This document shows, one piece after another, positions 45,641-55,484 of a stretch of 64,000 nucleotides of DNA. The notes under the pieces are model-generated. The model was not told where the DNA came from. It saw only the letters and a list, made by a program, of their open reading frames with translations, and searched no databases. Position 1 is the stretch's first letter, and every line of letters starts with the position of its first letter. The translations under genes were made by a program, and so were the position numbers. This DNA is from a virus (lineage: Duplodnaviria; Caudoviricetes). The stretch is taken from IMG/VR virus record IMGVR_UViG_3300014205_000173; one strand, 5' to 3'.

Positions 45641-46579
45641 CTATACATTTTTTATGTCGCCTAACACTTGTTTCATTCTCTCTTTAAATGTATGTTCTTT
45701 TATTGTACGTTGATAACCTCTCTCGGCAATTTCCTTTCTTTCATCTTCATTTTTTAAATAATATTGTATTTTATTATAGCAGTCTTCGGCACTCGTGTAT
45801 GTGGCACATTCCTTACCTACTTCAAAAAGTTCTTCTATACCTTTAACATGTTCTGTCAAAAGAAATCCTCCCGCTCCTGTAACTCTAAAATCTCTTGCTG
45901 AATTAGCCAAATCAACATCAGACCAGCCACAATGTCCTAATACAATTTTTGAACATTGGCACATTTTATTATGATCTTCTCCAAGGTATTTTTCAAGCCC
46001 ATGAATGTTGAAACTTATTAAATTTAAATTAACACCCTTTTTTTCTAAAAACTCCATAAGACCAATTCTACCATATGGTCTTGGTGTTTGATAGATTGAA
46101 CTTTTTGATCCAGCAAAGCATACTTCAAAACCATATTTAACATAATCTTCATCTGTTAAAATTTCTTTTTTGTGTATTGTTGGGTCTATTCCCTCTTGCA
46201 AGTATTTTACTATTGTATTCGGACAATACTTCTGAGATTCTGCAACATTACCTCTTGGTTTGCAATAATATATATCCATTAGATTAAATAGATTTAACAA
46301 TCCACCCCATTCTTTTACTGAATATCTTGCATCAACATTATAGCAAACGGTTTTTACTTTTGGAAATAGTTTTTTATAATTTTTCATAACTTCCAAAAGT
46401 TCTATTTCCCTAGAACAAAAAAGAAGATCTGGTTTAAAACTTTCAGTCTCTGGAATAACACTATTGTAATCAGTTTTTGCATCAACAACTCTAACTTCGC
46501 AACCTAATTCTTCAAAAGCATTTTTTATATAAACCCCAGTCTGACCATCAGACACAGGGAAAGCCAATAAAACCTTCAT
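45641..46579 (-). CDS. CgeB-like GT-B glycosyltransferase
   Basis: GIDP..H, FAGS, SKIVL, R.F...G.GGFLLTE, ER..IAERG..HT...R. Confidence 0.85.
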   Translation of the reverse strand: MKVLLAFPVSDGQTGVYIKNAFEELGCEVRVVDAKTDYNSVIPETESFKPDLLFCSREIELLEVMKNYKKLFPKVKTVCYNVDARYSVKEWGGLLNLFNLMDIYYCKPRGNVAESQKYCPNTIVKYLQEGIDPTIHKKEILTDEDYVKYGFEVCFAGSKSSIYQTPRPYGRIGLMEFLEKKGVNLNLISFNIHGLEKYLGEDHNKMCQCSKIVLGHCGWSDVDLANSARDFRVTGAGGFLLTEHVKGIEELFEVGKECATYTSAEDCYNKIQYYLKNEDERKEIAERGYQRTIKEHTFKERMKQVLGDIKNV

Positions 46580-46593
46580 ATTTTTCTCCTTGT

Positions 46594-47862
46594 TTATCTT
46601 TCACATAATATTAATGGACGCCCTTCTACGCTGTTCCCAATTATTTTTGATGATTTAAAATTTCCTATACCTTTTATAAAATTAGAAAAATCATAAAAGC
46701 TACCAATATCTAATGCCGAAAAAACATCAGAAGAAACTTCTATAATAAAATATTTTTTTGCCTTTTTACAAACTTCAGCCATTAATTCTATCCAACTTTC
46801 TTTACTATATTTATGTTGAGTAAAAAATAAATGGAAAATACTAAGTCCCAAAACAATATCATAAGATTGCATTTTTTTTACAGAGTCCAGACTTATTTCC
46901 ATAAACTCAAAAACACAATCTACATTAAATTTTTCTGACAAAAATGTATTAAACTTTATTTTGTTTAAGTCAAAATCAACACCCTTTGTTTTCATTCCTA
47001 AATCATTAAAATAATAGCAAAACCAACCAACATTAGTGCCAAAATCAAAAAGAGTTTTACCTTTAATATCAATTTCAATATTTTCTTTAATTAAAATGGC
47101 TCTATCTGTACATGTCCTGTTTGCTGGTACTAGTTTTCCAAAATTAGAATCATTTGGATCTGTTTCTTTCTTAAAAGTATCTTTTAAACTTGTGAAAAAT
47201 ATAGGTTGATGAACATTGTCTAAACTCTGATACTCATCAACAATTACTTTATTAATACTATCACTTAAAATCATTTCTATTTCCTTTTTTGTTAGTTGTG
47301 TTCCATGCTCAAAAATAAAATTTTTCAAAAATACACTATAGTCATAACAGTCATTTGAATTCAAAAAAGATTTTTTAAAATCATTATCGTCATTAAAATC
47401 TATTATTTTTATGTCCCCATTTTTATCACAAAGTATATGATTTTTATTTGTTGTCCAATTTAAATTTTTTAAATATAGCTTTCTTGTGATATAAAAAACT
47501 TTATAGCATATTTCTTTAAATTTATTATCTATATTTTCAGTAATATGGTTAAGCATTTCAATTACCATAAAATGACTGTTATCAAAATCATCACCCCATC
47601 CGTAATAATATACCATCCCATAATACTGAAGCTCCAATGCACCTAAATCTTGAGAAAACTTTTTAAAATTTTCTTTTTGCTGATTTTTATCCTTCAAACA
47701 TCTTGTTTTAATCGACTTTATTATAACATTATTATTTTTATATTTTCCAAAATAAATATTAAAATTACTTGCGCCCTGTTCATCAAATAAAGAAATATTC
47801 TCTACTTCGTTTATTTTTATTTTTTTGTTTTCATCAAAAACAGTCTCTATATCACAGTCCAT
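46594..47862 (-). CDS. kinase-like domain fused to class I methyltransferase
   Basis: VIIK, VIEML, IKIIDF; KTLFDFGTNVGWF, GVDFD, YDIVLGLSIFH. Confidence 0.75.
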   Translation of the reverse strand: MDCDIETVFDENKKIKINEVENISLFDEQGASNFNIYFGKYKNNNVIIKSIKTRCLKDKNQQKENFKKFSQDLGALELQYYGMVYYYGWGDDFDNSHFMVIEMLNHITENIDNKFKEICYKVFYITRKLYLKNLNWTTNKNHILCDKNGDIKIIDFNDDNDFKKSFLNSNDCYDYSVFLKNFIFEHGTQLTKKEIEMILSDSINKVIVDEYQSLDNVHQPIFFTSLKDTFKKETDPNDSNFGKLVPANRTCTDRAILIKENIEIDIKGKTLFDFGTNVGWFCYYFNDLGMKTKGVDFDLNKIKFNTFLSEKFNVDCVFEFMEISLDSVKKMQSYDIVLGLSIFHLFFTQHKYSKESWIELMAEVCKKAKKYFIIEVSSDVFSALDIGSFYDFSNFIKGIGNFKSSKIIGNSVEGRPLILCER

Positions 47863-48670
47863 TTTCTAAATTCTCATAAAACTTCATAAATTTTTCATAA
47901 ACAAAATTCACTTCAGGGTCCCAACCGCCATCATCATATATATATGTTTTTGTTGAAAATGGATTCCAAAACTTTTCGTAATTACTTCGATTTTGATTTC
48001 CAATACCATGAACATTTGATGTCCAAACGAACTGAGGACATTTGCAAAGTGTTGCAAAATGCATTGGTCCACTTGAAGGTCCAACAATAACTTTTGAACT
48101 AGATAAAACATTAGATAATTTTTCTAAATCTAAATCCATAAAGTTTTTAGTTCCTTCTATATATTCAGAAAATCCACTAACGCCTATAGAACCAATAGTT
48201 AGTCCGTTTGCTTGTATTTTTTTAATCAAACTTTCCCATTTTACTTTAGACCAATTTCTACTTAATTTATAAGAATCGTTCATAGATAAAACCATTCTTG
48301 CATGTATTATAATATCTACTTTAAAATCTAATATTTTTTCTCCATATGAAATAAACTTAGGAACAACTCCTTTAAAAGTTTCATTTGCATCTCCTTCGTT
48401 ATCTATATATATGATTTTTGTTGGTCTAAATATTTCATGAAGACCTCCCTTGTACTTGAAATCATAGTTTGTCCAACCAGCACACTTACGTAACTCCGCA
48501 TCAAATGGAACAAACTTCGTACAAAAATCTTTATATATAATTTCGTGTTTTGTTCTACTTGAAATAATTACTTCATCGTAATCTTTCGCCATTTCACGAA
48601 GATACCCTTGCCATTCAAACAATTCAAATCCAAACTCTCCAACAAAAGGTCCTGCAAATAAAGTACTCAT
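47852..48670 (-). CDS. GT-B (GT9-like) glycosyltransferase, paralog of 37926..38714
   Basis: near-identical N-terminus; VGPSSGPMHFATLC. Confidence 0.7.
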   Translation of the reverse strand: MSTLFAGPFVGEFGFELFEWQGYLREMAKDYDEVIISSRTKHEIIYKDFCTKFVPFDAELRKCAGWTNYDFKYKGGLHEIFRPTKIIYIDNEGDANETFKGVVPKFISYGEKILDFKVDIIIHARMVLSMNDSYKLSRNWSKVKWESLIKKIQANGLTIGSIGVSGFSEYIEGTKNFMDLDLEKLSNVLSSSKVIVGPSSGPMHFATLCKCPQFVWTSNVHGIGNQNRSNYEKFWNPFSTKTYIYDDGGWDPEVNFVYEKFMKFYENLENGL

Positions 48671-49707
48671 AAATTAAATTCCTTGCTAAATTCAACTATA
48701 TTATTTGCAACATTATCCCATGAAAAATTTTGAATCGTTTCATACCCATTCTGGGCTAATTCGTTTCTAAGTTTTTCGTTATTGGCTAACAGTTCTATCT
48801 TGTCTGCTAAAATCCTTGGACTATTTTCTTCTCCCTCTTGGTAAATAAGACAATTTTCATTATTTTTTGCAAAATCTGCTACACCGGGGGTACTACAAAT
48901 TACTGGTTTTTTACACGACATCGCTTCTGACATACAACAATTAAATGCAGATACATAATCTGGAGCAATATAAATATCACAAATAGAATATACATCCGCT
49001 AAAGTATTTTGATTCCCTATGGTCGGTATACAGGAAAAATTTTCTGGAAAATCCTGTTTTGTTAAATCAAAATATATAAAATTATATTTATCTTGATCTA
49101 AAAATTTAGTCGCCTCTATAATATCATAAGTTCCTTTGTTTGATCTTCTAGCCCCACCACGAGACCCACAACAAAGTATATTTATTTTACTTGTATTTCT
49201 AAACTTTTTATAAATAGAAGAGTTTACATCTTTTGGATAAAACTCTTTAAAGTTAACACCTTGACTGATAAATTTCTTTTTATATTTATTTTCTTTGTCG
49301 TGTTTTTTTGAAACCTCATACAAGTCTTTGCTACAAGAAGTTCTAGCCATATCTAAATCTGCAAACTGTTCATAACACGCACCATTAGCACAACAATAAT
49401 GCATTACATGAACTTTAGATTTTGTATATTTAGAAAATGACATAGTTACAGGGTCTTGATTAAATAATAAATCAAAACCATCAATAGACCTTAAAAATCT
49501 TTCTATATTTTCTTCTTTGTCATATATGTTAAATGGAATATTATTCTTTGATGGGATATTGTCCTCACAAAACGACGCTTTGTGTTTTCCGACATTGCCC
49601 AATAAATAAAAATCATGCCCTTGTCTTATTAATGCATTACCTGTCTCTATAGAACTTCGTACACCACCTAAAGGTCCTTTTGTTGTTAAAAACCATCCAA
49701 TTTTCAC
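48667..49707 (-). CDS. GT4 glycosyltransferase
   Basis: GG.R, GVN..F, KG, SEAMSCKKPVI, FSWD. Confidence 0.85.
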   Translation of the reverse strand: MKIGWFLTTKGPLGGVRSSIETGNALIRQGHDFYLLGNVGKHKASFCEDNIPSKNNIPFNIYDKEENIERFLRSIDGFDLLFNQDPVTMSFSKYTKSKVHVMHYCCANGACYEQFADLDMARTSCSKDLYEVSKKHDKENKYKKKFISQGVNFKEFYPKDVNSSIYKKFRNTSKINILCCGSRGGARRSNKGTYDIIEATKFLDQDKYNFIYFDLTKQDFPENFSCIPTIGNQNTLADVYSICDIYIAPDYVSAFNCCMSEAMSCKKPVICSTPGVADFAKNNENCLIYQEGEENSPRILADKIELLANNEKLRNELAQNGYETIQNFSWDNVANNIVEFSKEFNL

Positions 49708-49716
49708 CAGAATCTC

Positions 49717-50538
49717 CTATAGTCCTATTGACTCGTAATCTAAACCATAATGACTGTTAAGTGGATATCTTATTTTGGCACCTATCCTAGACCTCACCCA
49801 CGCCCCTCCCTCCATACTTTTTTGCTTCATTTCGCCACTCCATTTTTCATGAAAATAAATATTGTTTTTTGAAATTTCTGGATTTTTTACAATATTTTGA
49901 GTTGCACTAAAAGTATGATAAACCAAACCACAAGATATTTTTCTACACGAAACAACTCTTCCAACATTTAACTGATTATAAAAATCATGATCTTCATATA
50001 GTGGCTTCCTAAACTTTTCATCAAATCTAAAGTTATTAAAAACATTCCCTTTCATACAGAAAAAATAAAAACAAAAAGAATCGCCGATATTATCTTCCCA
50101 CATAATTTTTGCTTTATTGTAAATTTCATTAAGTCTTTCTTGACTCATAAGCTCTTTTACGGAATTCGAAGGAATATTTATACATTCTGGTGAAACAATA
50201 GAAATATCACTATTCTCTTCCAAAAAATTAACACAATTATCTATTGTATTTTCCGAAACAATTAAATCGTTCTGTGTTAAAATAACATAATCACATTTAT
50301 TTTTCTTACACTCATCAATACCTTGATTCCAAGCAATAGCACAAGATAAATTTTCAGAATTCTTTATAACTTTTATATTTCTATATTTTTTTAGATTTTC
50401 ATATGAACCATCATTGCTATTGTTGTCAACTACAACAACAAAAACTTCATTCTTACTATTATTTTTAAATATGGAATCCAAACACCTTTCCGTATATTTC
50501 CAATTATTATATATGGCAAATGTTATTCCTATTTTCAT
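49717..50538 (-). CDS. GT2 glycosyltransferase
   Basis: YN..CLDSI, VVDNNSNDGS, WNQGI, QND, YEDHD. Confidence 0.9.
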   Translation of the reverse strand: MKIGITFAIYNNWKYTERCLDSIFKNNSKNEVFVVVVDNNSNDGSYENLKKYRNIKVIKNSENLSCAIAWNQGIDECKKNKCDYVILTQNDLIVSENTIDNCVNFLEENSDISIVSPECINIPSNSVKELMSQERLNEIYNKAKIMWEDNIGDSFCFYFFCMKGNVFNNFRFDEKFRKPLYEDHDFYNQLNVGRVVSCRKISCGLVYHTFSATQNIVKNPEISKNNIYFHEKWSGEMKQKSMEGGAWVRSRIGAKIRYPLNSHYGLDYESIGL

Positions 50539-51153
50539 TTAAATTTTTCTACCTTTCACACAAAGACTATAGTTACATAAAGATGTGTCTGACACAGTAT
50601 TAACATACCTTTCTACATCAACTATCCCCTGTTCCTCTAATAAGCTTTTTAAAAAAGAATAGTTAAAAAAAGCTTTATGATGACCATTTAGATATAAAAG
50701 TTGAAAAAGCGCCATTTCCTTAATTTTAAAAGGCTCTTTCTCTGGAGTATCCCACCATAATCCTCTATCATTTTTTGTCTCTTCCCACCACTGATCCCAT
50801 TCACCAGTTTTGTCATAATATCTACCTACTATTTGATCAAAATCAGGAACTACAATATCAATAGTTCCACCACTACTCAGAATTCTTGTCCATTCTTTTA
50901 GAATAGACCTTGTTTTTGAAATACAAAAATGTTCTAAGGCATGAGAAGATCTAACATAAATAAAAGAACCACTAGGAATATCTTTTAAATTAGTTACATC
51001 CATATATACGTCTGGAGTTCTATATGTAACCTCTTCACTTACTTTCTTTGAAACAATATTATCTAAATGCCCGGGAGGCCAATCTATATTTAAAAATCCA
51101 TTTAAAGACATACTTCCACTAGCTAGATTAACTTTATCAAATCCCTTGTACAT
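50539..51153 (-). CDS. class I SAM methyltransferase (type 11-like)
   Basis: VNLASG..GFLNID, SHALEH, EWTRIL..GG..IVVPD. Confidence 0.88.
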   Translation of the reverse strand: MYKGFDKVNLASGSMSLNGFLNIDWPPGHLDNIVSKKVSEEVTYRTPDVYMDVTNLKDIPSGSFIYVRSSHALEHFCISKTRSILKEWTRILSSGGTIDIVVPDFDQIVGRYYDKTGEWDQWWEETKNDRGLWWDTPEKEPFKIKEMALFQLLYLNGHHKAFFNYSFLKSLLEEQGIVDVERYVNTVSDTSLCNYSLCVKGRKI

Positions 51154-52141
51154 TGTAAGTTCCTTTTAAGTTTTCTATAATTATTTTTGCCCAACTATCC
51201 CAGCTTAAACTTCTTAATGCAAAATCTTTTCCATTTCTTCTTACGACATCATATTTTTCTTTATTATTTAATATTTCTATAATTTGACCCTTTAAACTTT
51301 CAACTGAACTTAAATCAAAAATCACACATTTATTTTCTCCCAAAACTTTTTTTATTCCGTTTACATCATCAACCATTAAAAGACCACCACTTCCAAGTAT
51401 TTGTGCAACTCTTTCATTTATATATTTATATCCATCTGGTCTAATGTGTGTACATATATTTATTTTACTATTACTAAAAACCTTCCTACTTTCATTAAAA
51501 TTTATCCACCCCTTATAATTATTTGGATAATGATTTCCCAATTCTTTTGTTCCGTATATCCTTATATCTAAATTTGGAAAGTTTCCAATAATTGTATCCA
51601 TTAAAATTTTTCTTGATAAATGATGATGTCTTGTAATAGAAGCTCCGTGATAAAGATTCGTACAAACCAAACTTATATCACATATATATTCTTCGCTCTC
51701 TTCAAAGTAATGTACAGAAGGATCAAATCCCGGCGGACAATAAATAGCTCTTCCAAAACCACTATCTAAGTAATCGTTAATGCTTCCTTCGCAACAAGTA
51801 AAAACGGTATCAAAAATTTTTGACTTATTCTTTATATTGTTTATTTTATCCTCAAACTGATTAGGATCATCCCAAGAATAAAGTATAAATGGCTTTTTAA
51901 AATTATCCTTTATGTAAGAAAGATTTGCTTCACTTAAAGTTTCCGATCTCCACCACAATACAATATCAGGATCTTGTTTTTTTAAATCATTTAAAATCAT
52001 ACTTACTTGTGTTTTTGGAAATTCTGAAAAATAATAATGCGCAGGAATAAAATCTACTTGAACACCGTTTCTTTTTAGCGCATTTGCCGCACCCAAATAT
52101 CCATCAGCAAGGTTATATGAGCCAACTAAAGTTATCTTCAT
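51137..52141 (-). CDS. CgeB-like GT-B glycosyltransferase
   Basis: WDDP, GFDPSVH, SKINI, NERV..ILGSGGL. Confidence 0.85.
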   Translation of the reverse strand: MKITLVGSYNLADGYLGAANALKRNGVQVDFIPAHYYFSEFPKTQVSMILNDLKKQDPDIVLWWRSETLSEANLSYIKDNFKKPFILYSWDDPNQFEDKINNIKNKSKIFDTVFTCCEGSINDYLDSGFGRAIYCPPGFDPSVHYFEESEEYICDISLVCTNLYHGASITRHHHLSRKILMDTIIGNFPNLDIRIYGTKELGNHYPNNYKGWINFNESRKVFSNSKINICTHIRPDGYKYINERVAQILGSGGLLMVDDVNGIKKVLGENKCVIFDLSSVESLKGQIIEILNNKEKYDVVRRNGKDFALRSLSWDSWAKIIIENLKGTYNVQGI

Positions 52142-52147
52142 TAAGAA

Positions 52148-53164
52148 CTATCCTATCACATTTTTTATATTGTTTTCTAAAATACTTTTATTTTTTTTTG
52201 AAAACTCCACAATAACTTCACGACAATTTTTTGACATTTTTATATAAAATTCCTTATCGTTACATAACTTTCCAATTATTCTTGAAATTTCAAAAATATT
52301 TTGATGATCATCAACAACCAGTTGACTTATCCTGCTGTCGGAAGAATATGGAACTACTTTAGAAAGTATTGTTGGAATCCCATAATACATATGTTCAGCC
52401 GCTACATAATTAAAACTTTCAGAAAGAGAAACTTGCATACAAAAATCAGATTCTTGAATTTTTTTAAGGTATTCTTGCCTATTCATCCAATCAAAATTTT
52501 CAAAATTACTTAAAATCCTACTAGCAGCATCTATATATTGTGAATTGTTAGAGGAATTTTTATAGTTTATATGAAGTTTTGCTTTATCCTTATGATGAGA
52601 TAAAGCAATCATTTGTGCTAAAATATTTTTTCTAGCACAAGGAGCACAAAACATATCTACAATGAATTTTTCATTATTTTTTTTATTTTCAATCTTATTT
52701 AATTTTAAGTCTTGATCATCCATATACACTGGAAAATATATAACTTTTTTATTTAAAATTTTAAGTGATTCATAATCAGTTTCTAATGGTATTGCCAAAA
52801 AATCAATTTGACCAGTCTCCAAACAATTCCATACATCAAAAAATCTGTTAGTTTCTCCGCTTAATTCTATCTGAGTTACAGGAGAACACCACATTAAAAT
52901 TACCTTTGTTTTTTCTAATGTGTTTTGAACCAAAGTTTTAATCCTGCTATCCCACCCGCCAACAAAAAGATAGTCAGGAGGATCTGACTTTAATTCTTTA
53001 ATTGAAGTAAAAGATATATTTTGTGTATCGAAATTTCTTACAACAATATTTGCCTCTGGATATTGCTCTTGAACAACACTCTTAATGCTATCCAAACAAG
53101 TAACTACTCCCGGCCAAAAATTAAAAGTTGAAAAAACAATTTTCACTAGCAATCTCCTAAACAA
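52148..53164 (-). CDS. GT4-like glycosyltransferase
   Basis: RKN..Q, MQVSLSESFNYVAAE..GIP. Confidence 0.8.
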   Translation of the reverse strand: MFRRLLVKIVFSTFNFWPGVVTCLDSIKSVVQEQYPEANIVVRNFDTQNISFTSIKELKSDPPDYLFVGGWDSRIKTLVQNTLEKTKVILMWCSPVTQIELSGETNRFFDVWNCLETGQIDFLAIPLETDYESLKILNKKVIYFPVYMDDQDLKLNKIENKKNNEKFIVDMFCAPCARKNILAQMIALSHHKDKAKLHINYKNSSNNSQYIDAASRILSNFENFDWMNRQEYLKKIQESDFCMQVSLSESFNYVAAEHMYYGIPTILSKVVPYSSDSRISQLVVDDHQNIFEISRIIGKLCNDKEFYIKMSKNCREVIVEFSKKNKSILENNIKNVIG

Positions 53165-54263
53165 TTACTTATTAGTTTATTAAACTTTTCCATCTCTATT
53201 TCAGGAAGATATTTTTTAGAAACCTCTAAGCCTTGTTCTGAAATTTGTTTATAAAATCCACTATCCTGATTTAACATATTAATTGCGCTTTCCCATCCAT
53301 CTATATCATCTATAGGCAAATTAAAACCACCACCACCAATTAAGTACGGTAAATTCCCATAATTTGAGGCCAATACTGGGATTCCGTTAAACATAGCCTC
53401 CAGAGCAACCATGCTAAACGTCTCATCAACTCTAGATGGAATTAATAAAATTTTAGTTTTAGAGTAAATCTCTGAAACATTGTCATTAGAACTAACTAAT
53501 GTTACGTTTTTCAATAGACTTAATTCTCTATTTATAATTGCGTTTGGATGATGCTGTTCATTTCCTTTGCCGACACAAATAAATTTTAAATTAGGAAGTT
53601 TTTTTGCTATTTTTATAAAAATATCTCCTCCCTTACCCTCATCGGGATTAATTAAAGTAATATATTCTTGTTTTTTTTCTTTTGCAATAATTCTACCTAA
53701 GTCTACTATAGGATGAATAATATTTTCACATTCAATTCCAGTATATTTTTTTAAAGCAATTTTCATAAACTTAGAATTTACATAAAGCTGATCCGCTTCA
53801 GAATAACATTTAGATGCTTCTTTTAAAAGTTTAACAGACGTAATTTCTCTTGTTAACATATTTACAAAGTTAGAATCAACCTCACAAATATTTCTCCAAA
53901 AATGAACACCTATAATGGTTTTTGCATTATTCTTTTTTGCTGCCCTTATAATTCTTAAAGAATCAAACGATTGAGTTATAACAATATCTGGTTTTGTTTT
54001 TTCAATAAATTTTTCAATAAAATCACCTTCCGGTTTTAATCTAAAAACAGGAATCCCATCCCATTCAACATATTCATCTTTTTTAAAGAAAACATCATTG
54101 GGATTACAGTAACATGCCGAATAAACAAAAAAACCTTTTTCTTTTAAATTCTTTAAAACTGATAGATGAAAAAACTCACCCCCACCTAAAGCCGGAAAAT
54201 AAAAAAAAATTTACCAAGAAATAAAATTTTCTTAGCTGATTTCTCAGTACTTTTTATAGTCAT
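53146..54263 (-). pseudogene. GT4 glycosyltransferase frameshifted at a T9 tract (54201-54209)
   Basis: ATG 54263 MTIKSTEKSAKKILFLGKFF stops at TAG; other frame YFPALGGGEFF...VDSNFVN is open into ORF 53146..53859 (KGG, ETFSMVALEAM..GIPV). Confidence 0.8.
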
Positions 54264-54299
54264 ATTATATGTTAGTCTCCTAAAAGTCCTAATTTCATT

Positions 54300-55484
54300 T
54301 TAGTTCCAATTAACTCCAAAAAAACCTTTAAACATATCATTAAAATTGCTATTTACACTTTCTATATTGGCTTTTTCGTTTATTCCAAACTCTTCTTTTA
54401 AGATTTTTATTCCGTTTTTTGGATCATAAGATCTTTTGTAAGAAGACACAATGCTTTCATTTATTATCAAATCTTTTGCCTTATAAATAGCATCATTCCA
54501 ATCCCAAATATCGCAACTTTCAACGATAAAACCAGTAATTCCCGGAATAATCAAATTAGGTAAGTTTCCTTTACGACTTCCAACAACAGGTGTTCCTGAA
54601 AGAATAGCTTCACATGCAACCAAACTAAATGTTTCGTCCATAAAAGTAGGGATTATAACAACATCAGATTCTTTATAAAGCTTTGACATTTCTTCTCTAG
54701 AACTTTTACCTAACAATCTTACATTTGAGCACCCGGAAAAGAAAGATTTATCTACTTCTTTTGTATCTACTACTATAAATTCAAAATTTCCCATTTGCTG
54801 AATGAGGTTAAAAACAATATTTCTTCCTTTTGTAAAATTAGAATTTACAGTAAGAATTCTATTTCTTATAACCCGATCTGTTTTTTCAAAAAACTTAAAA
54901 TTATTAACGTCAACAAACGGATATAATAAATCCAACTTATTGTTTTTAATTAAACTTGGAAAAAATCTCTCAAATATAGATTTAGTAAAGGTAGAGTTGC
55001 AGAAAATCTTCTTACAAGAACTATATTTTTCTAAAGACCTTTTAAGCCCCATCCCATTGGGGCATTCATTTCCGAATTCACAATTTATAAGGCTATTATA
55101 TCTACATTTATCTGTTAAATGTAGTTGGCAAATATCTTCAAATAGTCCATGTGCAAAATAATAACAAGGAATTCCGTATTTTGCTGCAATAGAAACTACA
55201 GGATCTGACCATAAAAGTTGTGTTCCAATAAAATCTGGTTGATTTGAATTTATATAGCTTAAAACGCACTTTTCAATAGACTCTGCACTTTGTATTATTT
55301 TTACACCATTTTTTATTAAAACATTTGTTCTAGTAAATTTTTTACCACTTTCATCTAAAAAGCAAAAGACATTTATGTTAATAAAAGAAGATAATTCTTC
55401 AAAATATTGCTGCATTGAACGTTCTGCTCCACCAATAGGTGGAGTGAAGTGCAAACAAAAAAACCCAAAATTTTTCATTAACAA
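54300..55484 (-). CDS. GT4 glycosyltransferase
   Basis: PPIGGAE, KG, ETFSLVACEA..GTPVV. Confidence 0.88.
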   Translation of the reverse strand: MLMKNFGFFCLHFTPPIGGAERSMQQYFEELSSFININVFCFLDESGKKFTRTNVLIKNGVKIIQSAESIEKCVLSYINSNQPDFIGTQLLWSDPVVSIAAKYGIPCYYFAHGLFEDICQLHLTDKCRYNSLINCEFGNECPNGMGLKRSLEKYSSCKKIFCNSTFTKSIFERFFPSLIKNNKLDLLYPFVDVNNFKFFEKTDRVIRNRILTVNSNFTKGRNIVFNLIQQMGNFEFIVVDTKEVDKSFFSGCSNVRLLGKSSREEMSKLYKESDVVIIPTFMDETFSLVACEAILSGTPVVGSRKGNLPNLIIPGITGFIVESCDIWDWNDAIYKAKDLIINESIVSSYKRSYDPKNGIKILKEEFGINEKANIESVNSNFNDMFKGFFGVNWN

